A stretch of DNA of 64,000 bases from Azolla caroliniana (lineage: Eukaryota; Plantae; Polypodiophyta). This document shows positions 27,410 to 39,700 of the stretch, one piece after another (positions within the stretch are counted from its first letter, which is position 1; the number at the start of each line of letters is the position of its first letter). A program made the translations under genes and the position numbers. The notes beneath the pieces are model-generated. The model saw nothing but the letters and a program-made list of their open reading frames with translations. It was not told the DNA's origin and made no database searches. The stretch is from the NCBI GenBank assembly GCA_043228905.1, contig JBHGNT010000015.1, positions 17,484,001 through 17,548,000 of the forward strand. The letters are read 5' to 3'.

Positions 27410-30400
27410 TGTCGAGGTATTCCTCGCGGATGCGTGGAATGAGGCGGGGCCTCGGGGGTCTTGTACCGAAGAGCAAGAGACAAAGGAGAAGGGAAGGGAC
27501 CCACTACGTGTGGGCGTAGATTCACAGGGACACGGCCCTTCGACACAAAGACGCGAGTGGGACACGACGTAGAGAGACACGAATGTATGTATATATATAT
27601 TAACAAGGACAAACAACAAGAAGCACGAAGTCGGTTACAACCGAACAGGCCAGCGAACAGATGCCGATGCCTGTTCGTAAACGCTCAGAAAGAAAGGAGT
27701 AGGTTGGAGGTGCTGCCGGAAGCACTCGGGCATTCCTCAGAGCAGCGCGAGCCTCCCGAAACCCTGCACAGAAAGAAGCTACGGAGTATGGAAGAGAGAG
27801 AAGCCTTCGGCCCACAACCCGACAGCACTTCGTCCTCTCTAACCGCGATCCCCCACTCCTCCTTGTCTCCCTCCTTTTATAGGCAAGAAAGGAGCCGTTT
27901 CCCATGAACTTCCTACCTACCGAATCTACCTACCTAGGATCTTCTATGTACCTAATTCTCTCTTATGTACTACATAAGACGCACGTGCATGAAGAGCCGG
28001 TTCCTACGCTCCGGTGCACCGATTCCACTTGTGGACGGTTTTCTTCACGACATCCGCCCCCACCTAACCGCGCATCCACCGGCATGCGCCAAATTGAGTT
28101 GGGACGGAGAAAACCGGTCCAGCCTTCATTCCCCACCCGTCGGTTCTTCCTCGGTTTCGGATCGTTCGTCGTCGTGGTCCAGGTTAACTGGATCCGGCTC
28201 GTCGTCGTGACGTTTCTTGAACAATTTCATCCGCTTCCCAACTACCGGTATCGCCATTCTCGTGCCGTCGAGCTCTGCCAGATGGTACGTCCCGTTGTCG
28301 TTGGCGCTTTGTACCATGTAAGGCCCGAACCACCTTCTTGCGAACTTCCGTGTCGCTCGGTGCTGGTTGTCGAGGCTGCTGTCGTAGACTAGCACCCAGT
28401 CGCCTTCCTCGATCTTCTTTGGTCGGAGCCGGTGCGTTCGGTCAAACCGGGCTTTGTTCCTCGTCCTTGCCACCCGAAGCTTTCCCGCAGCCTGCTCCAC
28501 GTCCTCCAGTCTTCGCTTGAGTTGTCGTATGCGCGCCGCCAATAGTTCCTCCCGGCTCATCTCGTCTTTCCAGTCCACGGTTGCCCATGAGGAGATCGTA
28601 CGTTCCATCGGCATGATCGACTTCTGCCCAAACATGAGCTCTGCTGGCATGAATCCGGTTACCGAACTGTGCGTAGTTCGGTCCGCCCACAATGCGTAAG
28701 GCAACAGCCGCGACCAGTTCCCGACTTGACCTCCGCATGCCCGAACTAACGCCTTGACGATCGGTCCGTGTCCGCGCTCCACCTTCCCATTCGCCTCCGG
28801 ATTGTATGCAGTGGTAAGCGAGAGCTTGACTCCTAGCCGGTCGAACAGCTCCTCGGCCTCCAATACTTCCCCTTTATCTTCTCGAACGTGGCCCACGTTC
28901 CACGGTGTCCAGCCCAAGGACTGTCGTGGTAGGCCGTCAGCAGCTCTTGTTCTTCCTTCATCGCCACCACCCGGAGCGGGACGCCGTTCCTCTTCTTCGG
29001 GTGCTTCCATAAGTATCCGTCCCGGAGAAAGAATCGGTATGCTTTCTTCCGGATCCGGTTGGCCTCGTCCCTCGTCCACGATGCATCCGGCGTCATTGTC
29101 CTCAAGAAACCACCGATCTGGAGCCACTCGCCGTCGTACTTGCTCTCGTCGAAGCCGTTAAGCGCCGGAGTGCTCGTCCCATCGGTCGTCACGTACGCTG
29201 CCTCGAAGAAGTCCACGCCGACTTCTTCATCCTCCGAAACCATGCCGCCCTCGTCATCAAACCTCGCCCTCGAAAGCATGTCGGCCATGGCGTTGTCCTT
29301 TCCGGAAATGTGTCGTATTTCCGGGTCCAGGGACTTGATGTATGCTATCCACCTGAGCATCGCCAGGTCAGGTGTCGCGCATCCGGAAACCATGCCGAGA
29401 ATTGGGAGGCAATCCGTCTCGATAATCACTTCTGTCTCGATCAGGTAGTCTTTGTCGGCCTTTACTGCCGAAACGATACCCCAGAGTTCGCGTTTAACCT
29501 GGGCGTACCCTCGTTGTCGCTCACTAAGGACCTTCACGCCGAATCGGATCGGGAACCAAATGCCGTCCTCGTCTTCTTGGTTGACGACCCATCCGATCCC
29601 GGTCGGACTCGTATTCACCGTTATGTATACCGGGGTACCCTTCTCGTAGACAGCCTTCCGGAGCGCCGGTGCTGCCGCAAGAGCTTCCTTCAGCTTCCAG
29701 ACTGACTCCGTGTGCTCGTCTCGCCACTCGAATTTTCGCCCTTTCTTCAGCAACCCGTATAGCGGCTCCGCAACGTGGGCGTAATGCGGGATCCATATGT
29801 GGTAGAATGCGCACGCCCCCAAGAACCTCCGAACTTCCGTAACCGAGCTACAGTCGGTCTTCATCGCGGAGATGGCTTCTACTTTTGCCGGAGACGGCTT
29901 CCGGCCATATGGTCCACATAGGTGTCCGACCACCAGGATTTCTGATTGCCCGAAGGCCGATTTCTCCCCGGAGAAGGTGAGCCTCGCAACCTCTAGCGTT
30001 TGTAGCACCTTCTCACAGTTGTCGATGTGTGTTGCCACGAATCGCCGGCATCCATCCGGCCCGAGTGTCTCGTCCTTCTCTTCCACCGGGCACCCCTTTA
30101 TCGGGATGTCGTCTAGAAATGGCATGGTGATGTCCGGGATGCAATCCCTCAGTACCTTGTTCATTGCATTCACCATGTGGGCCACCGAGTTGGTCCCTCC
30201 TTGTGGCAGGGTACACATTCGCACTAGGCCGAGGGGAGTTCGCATCGTCGTAATGTCTCTGCTCTCCACGGCTAGCTGGAACTGGTCGTACCCCGAGTAC
30301 AGATCACCGACCGAGTAAATCGACCTTCCGGCGAAGGCCTCCGCGAACTCGTCTATGGTCGGTCCGATTCCTGCGTTCCGAATGGTCACTCTGTTGACCG

Positions 30401-33400
30401 GCTGCAGGTCTTGAATGAAGCGCAATGTTCCGTTTTTCTTTGGTACGGTAAACCATCGGTTCGAGTATGGGGCACTCGACGGTTCGAGAATGCCCATATC
30501 AACTTTCTGCCTCAATAGCTCCATCAACTTCGGGATGTGAGCTCTCGGTACTGGAATCGGCTTGAGATTCCACAGCACATGCGGTACCGTGAATATCACC
30601 ATCGGCTCCACGATTGTCGGGTCTACGCACCCGATCTCTTCCGGTGAGAATGCGAAGGCTTTCCCGTGCCTTCCGAGCATCCTCCGAAACCGGTCTTCGT
30701 CCGCCGGCAGTAGGAACCCGCCCCCACCGATTTTGAGCTCCCGGAGCGTCCCGTCGGTGAAGGTGTGTCCTATGCAGACCGGATCTCGTAAACTGGGGTC
30801 TGACGCAACCCCTCTAATTCGGGACTCGTTGCCCTCCGGTAAGGGTGCCGCGACTGGCCTTACCTTCCGGTCCACCGTCTTGTACTTCGTGCTAACCCAG
30901 GCCGTCCGATCCGACCCGAGCCCCTGACTGAAGTTCGCGATGACTTCGTACATCTCTTCGGAACATACCGGTATAGTCCGGTCTTCATTAAGGTCTTCTC
31001 CGGCTACCTCCCTCAGCATTCCCAAGGTGTCGTCGAAGGAGACCGCCTCCACGGCTCCGTTGATTTCCTCGTCCGGGCCGAGAACTCCGCACGCTCGAAG
31101 TCGCTCCTCCGCCCTTGCCTTTTCTCGGCCAACGATGCCGACTATCATACACCCTCCGTCGTTGGAGAAGAAAATTTTTCTACCTATCGTACAAGGTTTC
31201 TTCGGTTTCGGTTCTATTGTACAGCTGTGGGGTCTTTCCCGAGTGTCCGGACTGTCTCGGCCCCACGCCTTGGCAGCCCTCTCTAAAAATCCTCCCGGTT
31301 CTCGCCACCGAGGGATTCGCGGTTTCGCTCGTGGTTCGGCCGCACCGTCAGAAATTGGACCGAATGGCGCCCGTCCTGGCTTTTGACCCTCGCGTAGGCT
31401 GAACCGTTGCCCAACACCTTGGTCTCCATTCGCGCCGCCGTGATGTATGGTTCCCCTAATATAACTGGGTGCGAGGACGTCTCCTGTACGAAGAACTGCT
31501 GGTCAATCTCGACGTCGCCGATCTTGACTCGCACGTTCGGGCAGGCCCCGTGCAGTTCCTCGGTGGCGCGCGTCGCCGCCCGTATCTTCCACCCGTGCTT
31601 GGTGTTGATCGGCCACTTTCCCTTCTTATAGAAGTCCATGGACATCAAGTTTATTTCCGAACCGTGGTCCACCAGTGCCACCACCGGTTCCTGAACATTT
31701 CCGATCTTTACCGGGGTCTCCGTGGTCGCTCGGGCCCAGTGTGGCCTCGAATAGTGGCTCTCCGCCCACTCATCTTCCAGCGTCAAGTCGTCGATGTGCG
31801 TCGTCCGCACCTCCACCGGTCTTTCCGGTTCCGTCTCCGTTGACAGCCTCTTCCGCTTCACCAAGTCCACAATGGAGTCGTGGAACTCCTTCTTAGCGAT
31901 ACCCAACACCTCCCGCAATGACAGCTCCACTTTGCTGTCGAGGATCCGTTCTTCTAGGACCTTTCGTAGGTCCGTGGTCCTTTCTATTTCCATCCCCAGT
32001 CGGTATCCGCCCTTCCTGGGGTTATCTTGCGCGCTGGACCCACCGGCATCGTTCCGTCGTTGCCCTAATCGGGTCTCGTATCGTTGTGAGGGCCCGGCCG
32101 CTCCGGCTTTCCCTACTCGTTTGTCTTCTACCAGAGCCTCGTAGTTCCGGCAAGCGGCTTCTACGAAGCCCGTCTTCTCCTCGACCGGGTTGCCCCACCC
32201 GGTTATTTCCCGGACCCGTCTCTCAGCGCGGTCTGCTTCATCTTTCCTTTGCCGTGCGCCGGCGAGGCCTTCCAGCATTGCCGACTAGAATCCGTCTTTG
32301 CTCTCCTTTCGGGCCTCGCTGCCCCCGACCCGAATACCGGCCGACGCCGAGTAGTGGATGGCCTCCACGTGTCGGGCCGCTGCCTCTTCTATCAGTCTCT
32401 TCATACCTCCTCGCCCGTCGTTCCGGTTTAGGGCCCTTCTGGTATCGCCGGCGTGCACCCGGCCTTCCCATAGGTACACCACCCGGTTCCTCAACGCCTC
32501 TGCGAAATCGCCGCAGTCCTTCCGAATGTGGCCGACCTCGTCGCACCACATGCACCTGTTCCCTGCTACCAGCCGTCAGTCACGAGCCGGTTCGCCGCCT
32601 TCCCTTCGAGTCTGGGCGATCTGGAGATCCTTTATCGCCCGCGTCAACTCCTCCAGCGCTGCTCCTCCGGACGAGTCATTGACCATGCCGGTCGGAGCCG
32701 ACCCGGATTCGAGCCACTCCCGGGCTTCTGCCCTTCGCCCTTGCGGTGCCGGTTCAAGCCTCCTTGCTGTGACAGAGCCCGCACCGGCCGCCCCGTTATC
32801 AGCCCATTCTCGCCGTTTGTCGAAACGGCCACAGACTCTCTTAACCGCAGCCCAGTTGGTCGTCAGCCCGTCTTCAGTTTCCAGCAAGGAGCCGACTTGA
32901 TCCCGGTCCTGCTCGTCCACCGACTTGACGAATAGTAGGACCCGGCTCGTATCCAGAATGGTTCGGTCAAGCGCCGAAAGGCGCGCAAAGCGTTCTTCAA
33001 ACTCCCGGAGGAGTGCCGACGCGTTTCTTCCCTTGCCGGGGGACTCCACCCATTCCATGAAGTCCCGTTTCGAAAGCCGGAGCGCGTCGTCCAGCCCGTA
33101 TTTTTCTAGGAGTCGGCCTTCGAACTCCTCCCAGGTACGGCTCTCCGCCCGTACCTCGAGCACCTCCGCATGGATGCTCGGCATCGCCACTCGAGGGAAC
33201 CCGGCAAGACGCCTCTCTTCCGGAATGTCCCGCATTAGCATTTCTGCCCCGTAGGACGCCAAATACTTCGTGGCATCCTTTCCGCTGAACCGGCCGATCG
33301 TACCGACAACCGCCTCAATGGCTCTGTCGATGGCGCTGGTGCCCTCGCGTGCGCTCAATATCCGATTCACGGCCGAAGCCATGGCCTCTGCAAGATCCGA

Positions 33401-34095
33401 CCCCCTCATCTTCTGCTCTTCTGCCGCCTCTTTCACGTCGGGTTCACCAAGATGTCGAGGTATTCCTCGCGGATGCGTGGAATGAGGCGGGGCCTCGGGG
33501 GTCTTGTACCGAAGAGCAAGAGACAAAGGAGAAGGGAAGGGACCCACTACGTGTGGGCGTAGATTCACAGGGACACGGCCCTTCGACACAAAGACGCGAG
33601 TGGGACACGACGCAGAGAGACACGAATGTATGTATATATATATTAACAAGGACAAACAACAAGAAGCACGAAGTCGGTTACAACCGAACAGGCCAGCGAA
33701 CAGATGCCGATGCCTGTTCGTAAACGCTCAGAAAGAAAGGAGTAGGTTGGAGGTGCTGCTGGAAGCACTCGGGCATTCCTCAGAGCAGCGCGAGCCTCCC
33801 GAAACCCTGCACAGAAAGAAGCTACGGAGTATGGAAGAGAGAGAAGCCTTCGGCCCACAACCCGACAACACTTCGTCCTCTCTAACCGCGATCCCCCACT
33901 CCTCCTCGTCTCCCTCCTTTTATAGGCAAGAAAGGAGCCGTTTCCCATGAACTTCCTACCTACCGAATCTACCTACCTAGGATCTTCTATGTACCTAATT
34001 CTCTCTTATGTACTACATAAGACGCACGTGCATGAAGAGCCGGTTCCTACGCTCCGGTGCACCGATTCCACTTGTGGACGGTTTTCTTCACGACA
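27410..34095 (-). mobile_element. Young Gypsy-G element: LTRs 27410-28052 and 33453-34095 (643 bp each), PPT-like 28053-28065
   Basis: I counted about 4 substitutions between the LTRs. Gag 32576-33400, zinc knuckle CMWCDEVGHIRKDC, protease ALVDHGSEINL, RT-RH ORF 28833-31148, integrase remnant 28126-28870; flanks gcgt/tcgt. Confidence 0.93.
33432..33449 (-). promoter_or_regulatory. Primer-binding site complementary to tRNA-Trp
   Basis: Plus strand reads TTCACGTCGGGTTCACCA, the 3' end of plant cytosolic tRNA-Trp as I recall it, 3 nt from the 5' LTR. Confidence 0.8.
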
Positions 34096-36704
34096 TCGTT
34101 TTGTCTAATTCAACCATGCCCGGAGGATGCACTGAATCCGGCCCGTTCCCAACTGCGATTTGGTCTCCGTAGCTTGTCGTTCCTCCTTCAATTGCTTGAT
34201 GATTTTGACGTTGTCTTCCGCCTGCTCCTTGTAATGCGTCAATTGCCTTTGATATATGCTTTGTAATTTTTGCAATACCGTGGACGCTCTCTCCTTCTCT
34301 TCCTACTGCTGCCTCTGGAGCTCCATCCGGACCTTCTCCGCCTCGTCCAATCGTCTTGTATTTTCTGCACGTTCGTCGGCGATCGCTGTCGCGGCCCGAT
34401 CAACTTCCTGTTGGAGTTCGGCCATCCGTTCCTTATGTTCCGTTTCCAGCCATTTGTAGTCCCGGTGCAGGTGCTCAAAATCATTTGTCTTTTGCTTGAG
34501 CCGTGCGTTGATTTGTCGACGGGCCCTGTCCTTGCGGTCCTTCTGTTGGCGGAGCTCTTCCTTTAGCCGTTCAATTTCCGTTTCCGCCGTCTTCTGCAGC
34601 TTGTCCTTTTCCTGCAGCACTTTGTCTTTTTCCTCCCTTAGCCGGTCGTACGCTTGATGGCCTTTCCGGAGGCTCTCCTCTACCCGACGGAGGTTCTCAG
34701 CAGTCTTTTTTAATTCTGATTCAACCGCTATCTTCAATTCCCGTTCCCGGCTCCTTAGCGCTTCTTGTGCGGCAAGTTCATCTCTCAATTCCGCAAGCTC
34801 TTGGGCTTGCGCCGCATCTCTCTCTGGAACGGTTCCCGTTGCCGGGATCTTATTGGTATGTACAGGTTGATCCGTTTCTTTATTCTATACACTTACCGGA
34901 GTCACCGGTGATTGGATCTGTGTTGCTGTTAAGGCCATTTTGGCCATCTCTGCCATGACCTGATCCAAGTCTTTTTCAAGGCACCGGATTCTGGACCGGG
35001 CCGTCTTTAGTTGTTCGGTTGTGACGAGCAACCGTTCGCTTTGCGCTCTTTCTTCTGCCTCAATATACCCCACTGCTCCAGCAATCTGTTCGCCTATCCA
35101 CTGGAGCCACAGGCTACCGGTGCCTTGTTGTTGCGTTTGTACGGAGGTTTGACAGATGGGCTCGCTTGTAGATGGGTGGTCCCGCCTGATTGCGCCGAGT
35201 TGCAATTCCGGTTCTGCCCGTGGACCGCCTTGCTGTCCTGGTTCCCCTTGCACTTCTTCTTGGTTGGCCGAGGAAGGCTGCATTGACCTTTCCGGCTCTG
35301 GTGGGATGGGACTTGCCGGTGTTGCCGGTGGTGCAGGGGCTTCTGATTCCGGTGCCGTGCGCACCGGTTCCGGTTCCTCCCTTGGCGTGGGAGTCTCAGT
35401 ATGGGGAGCCGGTGTTCCCTCCGTCTGAGGGTCCGAATGTTTCCCGGCTGCCTCAACGATCCTTGTCAATGACCGTCGCTGGAAGTGCTCCATAGGCTCC
35501 TCCTCATTTTCCTCTTCCTGAGTCCCGACATTGAGTTTTGCCGCCAAGGGGTCCGCTTCTCTATTCACCGGTTGGCGGAGTGTAACCTTTACGGGCTGTA
35601 CCGGTGGTTCCTCCTGCGCTTCCGTTGGCCGCTTCCGGTTGGTGGTCTCCTTTCCCGCTTGTTCTGCGTTCGCCGCCTTCCCCTTAGTGGCCTTAGAGGC
35701 CAACAACTGTTGTCTTTTGGAAGCAGTCTTTGGGGTGCCGTCCGCCACTCTTCCCCGCTTCTTGGGCTGGACGGGTTGGATGGGTGGCACAAGTAAGGTG
35801 AGCCATTGTGTTACGGCGTGCCATATCCTCCGTCCGTCTCGGCCTTCTTTGTCGTCTTTGCCTCTGACGATCTCGATCGCCGCACACAAACCGTCTGCGA
35901 TCAATACCGGCCAATCCACCTTGATCCCTTCATAGGTGGCGATGATCATCCCTGCCCGGTTTTGCGGCATGACAGGGGGTCTAGGGTACACATGGCCGTA
36001 TTCGTGGAGCACACGAGCAATCTCGCGGAACAACATATCTCCGCCGCCCTGTGTCCGGTAGCCCTTGCTGGCTAGGGAGTACTGACCAAAATACTTGATG
36101 AGTTGCTCTGAGGTCGGGTTGTCAATCGTGAGTATGCCTCCCTCCGGAAGGCCTGTTAACGCACGTATCGCCTCCGCCGTTATGACCTCTGTGTCGATTT
36201 CTTTGATCACCTTGTCGGCTTCTTTGTGTGGCGGTACCTCCATAATCATCAAGAAGCCCTCGAGCCCGTGTTGCTTTAGCCATTTCTTGGCGGCTTCCGA
36301 CAACGTCTGTGGGTCCATGTCTGTGTCGAGGTCAGATTGTGGTGGCGAGGTTGGCTGGTGATGAGAGTGAGAGTGAGAGAGAGAGAGTTCAGAAGGCGGG
36401 GGTTCTGTGTGCGTAGGTTCTCGTTTGATGATCTTGTAGCACCTTGGTGCTTCTGTGCTCCTGGGTTCGCGAAAGTAGAGGGTTTCCACGCGCAGTGGTT
36501 TTTCTCTGTGCATTCTGGCGCCTTTTTCGAGTGTGTGCACGTCGTGTACTAAAATAGCATTATGTCCTGTGGTGGCGCTTAAATGCCCACTACGTACCTT
36601 TTCGCTCCTCGCTCTCTCGTCCATTCATACCTCGCTTTTGCATGATTACTTCGTTTTTTTATTTTTATTTTTTATTTTTATTTTTTTTAAATGTTAGTGT
36701 GAGG

Positions 36705-39700
36705 TTACTTGTCCGTTGGTCCTATCGGACCCTTATCGGCCTCATTACGGTTTGCCGTCGCCTCATTCTCCCCTGTTACCGGCTTGCCGTCTTGGTGGTT
36801 GTCGTTCCCCTCACAGGTTGCCGTTTCCTCACCGGTATCGGTCCTTTGCTCAAATGGGTTCCTAGGCATCGGTCCTCTATATGGCTTCAATTGGAATCCG
36901 TTGACCCATTTGCCTAGCACTTCGCCGGCAAGTGTCCCTAACTGGTAGGACCCATTATATTCATGTGTTAGCCAATACGGGCCGGTCCATCTAAACCGTA
37001 GTTTTCCCGGCATCTTGCCCATCCGGGTCTGAAATACTAACACCGGCTTGCCGATTGCAAACATTTTTTCATTTCCTTTCCTGTGCCGGTCGACAAATGC
37101 TTTCTGTCGCCGTTGTTCCAATTCTAAGTGCAGGATGCTTGTCAGTCGTTGTTCCTCAAGTTCACACAATGCTGTTAACCGTATTGCCTCCGACTCCTTC
37201 TCGTTCAACCGATCCCGTAGCTGGATCCGTAAGCTGGGTACTTGGAATTCCACCGGCATTACCGCCTCTAGTCCGAACGCTAACCGGAACGGTGTTGTTC
37301 GGATGCTCGTTTTATATGCCGTCCGGTATGCCCAAAGCGCGCTATGTAGCTTGGTATCCCAATCCGTTCGGTTTTCGTTGACGATCTTCCGAAGGATATT
37401 CTGGAGCGTTTTGTTCGTCGATTCAGCTAACCCGTTTGCTTGCGGATAGTATGGTGTGCTCCGTTTATGGACAATGGCATAGAATGTCGTCAGGCTTTCA
37501 ACTACTTGGCCGAGAAAGTGCCCCCTTGGTCGCTTATTAATTCGATTGGGCATCCGTAACGGCACCAGCTGTACTCGTATAGAAATTTTGTCGTTGACGC
37601 AGCGGTGTTGTCTCTTAAGGCTTTGGCCTCCACCTATTTCGTGCAGTAATCCGTCGCGACGATGACGTACCGATTACCTGTTCTCATTGCCGGTGGTTTG
37701 AACGGTCCAACAAAGTCCAGCCCCCACTTCTGGAATGGCTCGAGTGGTAATACAGGCTGGTGTGGCATACGAGCCTGCTCCGTTGGCTGGCCCATTCGCT
37801 GGCATAGGTCACATTCTTTTGCGTACCGTACCGCATCTGTTAATGTCGTTGGCCTTCATAGGCCACTTTGCCATATTTTCCTAGCCGTCGCATCTCCGGC
37901 ATAGTGACCTCCGGCAACTCCATAGTGGGCTTCCCTCAGTATGAGGTCCTTTTCATCGCTGCGCACAGCCCGTCTCCATATGCCGTCCGCGTCCTTGTGG
38001 TAAAGTGTGTCTTGCAGTAAGCAGAAATGTCGGCTTTGCACCGCCAGGCGTTTCCTTTCGTCCCGGTTCATCTCTTCCGGAGGCAGTCCTGTGCTCAGAA
38101 ACTGGTGCATATTTGTGAGCCACTTGTCTTCCTGTGCCACCGTCTCATCTGCTGCCGTTTTCGTAGTGACTCGAAACAGCTCCGCATCTGGAAACTCGTC
38201 CGCTACTCCGTCACCCATCTCTCCGGACTCTAATCGGCTTAAGTAATTCGCTACGGCATGCTGTATCCCGGGTCGGTGGAATATTTCGAACTCGAATTCC
38301 TGTAACAGTAAGGTCCACCGGGCCAACTTATCAGTGAGTGACGCCTTGGACACCAGGTAGAGGAGCGCCGAATGATCTACATGGAAGGAAAACTTCCTTC
38401 CCAATAAATAATGCCCAAACTTTGTCACATTGTAGATCATCCCTAGAGCTTCCCGTTCCGTGGTAGAGTAGTTCCGTTCCGCTTGGGATAGCTTTCGGCT
38501 GGCATAGTACACTGGGCGGTACCACTTTGGCTCCGTAAGCTGCATCAGTACGCTTCCGATTGCGATGTCAGAGGCATCTACGAACACATGAAATTCTTTA
38601 CTCCAATCCGGTGGCTGCACTACCGGTGCTTGCGACAATAGTACCTTGAGGGCCCTATACACCCTATCCTCGGTATCGGTCCACTGGAATGGTGTCCGAT
38701 GTAGGGCGGCATGCAACGGTGTAGCCAGGTCGGCCAAGTATCGGAGCATCCGGCTGTGCCACCGGATTTGGCCTAAGAACCGGCTCAATGCCTTTGCCGT
38801 TGCCGGCGCCGGTGCTTCTAATATGGCTTTCACCTTGTCCGGGTCGACTGCAATACCTTCCTGGCTCACAATATGTCCTAATAAGGTTCCACTGGACACG
38901 CCAAATACACACTTTGCCGGATTCAAGCTTAGCCGGTATGCTCTACACTTTTCTAGACAAAGACGGAGGTGCTGAAAATGGTCCTCCTCCCGGCTATAGA
39001 CGGCGAAATCGTCAAGGAAAACCTGCATAAAAGCCGGGATATATTCATCTAAGATTTCCATGATGATTCGTTGAAATGTTGCCGGTGCGGTTTTGAGTCC
39101 GAACATCATCACCACAGCCACAAACACCCCCCATTCGGTGACGAAAGCCGTTTTCTCTTGGTCGTCGGGGTGCATCCGGATCTGATTATACCCGCTGAAT
39201 CCGTCTAGAAAGCTATAGACCTCATGGCCGACGACGGCATCCAACACTCCATTTGTGAACGGGAGTGGAAACGCATCCGTTACCGTAGCCGCATTGAGTT
39301 TCCGGTAGTCCACACAAACTCGAATTTTTCCGTTCTTCTTCGGTACGACTACAATCGGGCTCAACCATGTCGCTTTCTTTACTGGACGGATAAAGCCAAC
39401 TCTTAGCAGTTTGTCGATTTCCTCCTTGACTTTGGCGGCATAATTAGGATTCATCCGGTATCGTCTTTGTGCCACTGGTTTTGCATCCTTGCTCAAGTGA
39501 ACCTGATGCTGGTATAACTGAGGGTTGAGTCCTCGCATGTCTTTGTATGACCAGGCGAACACGTCGCGAAATTCCGTGAGAAGTGTGATCATCGCCGTTT
39601 TGTCTTCGGACTTCATCTCCTTGGCGATGTGCACCGGTTTTGCTTCGTCCGTGGTCCCTAGGTTCACCTCTTCCAGTTGCGACGCTTTTACGCGTTGTGA

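Larger units (their letters stand above)
26860..36318 (-). pseudogene. Gypsy-E extra 3' ORF (~920 aa reconstructed: 36318-34100 joined to 27409-26860), interrupted by Gypsy-G
   Basis: ORFs 34885-36624 and 34303-34788 share a frame, separated by a single TAG. Removing Gypsy-G plus one 4-bp TSD keeps the frame through to ILDILDEE*. Confidence 0.7.

Noticed and set aside
32576-33655. Gag ORF apparently starting inside the LTR and reading through the PBS
   Set aside because: The listed start is non-ATG and GC-rich DNA has few stops. A normal ATG follows the PBS (MRGSDL/MASAV).
27461-35935. Many long plus-strand ORFs antisense to the Gypsy genes
   Set aside because: Shadow frames of GC-rich coding sequence with no recognisable motifs.
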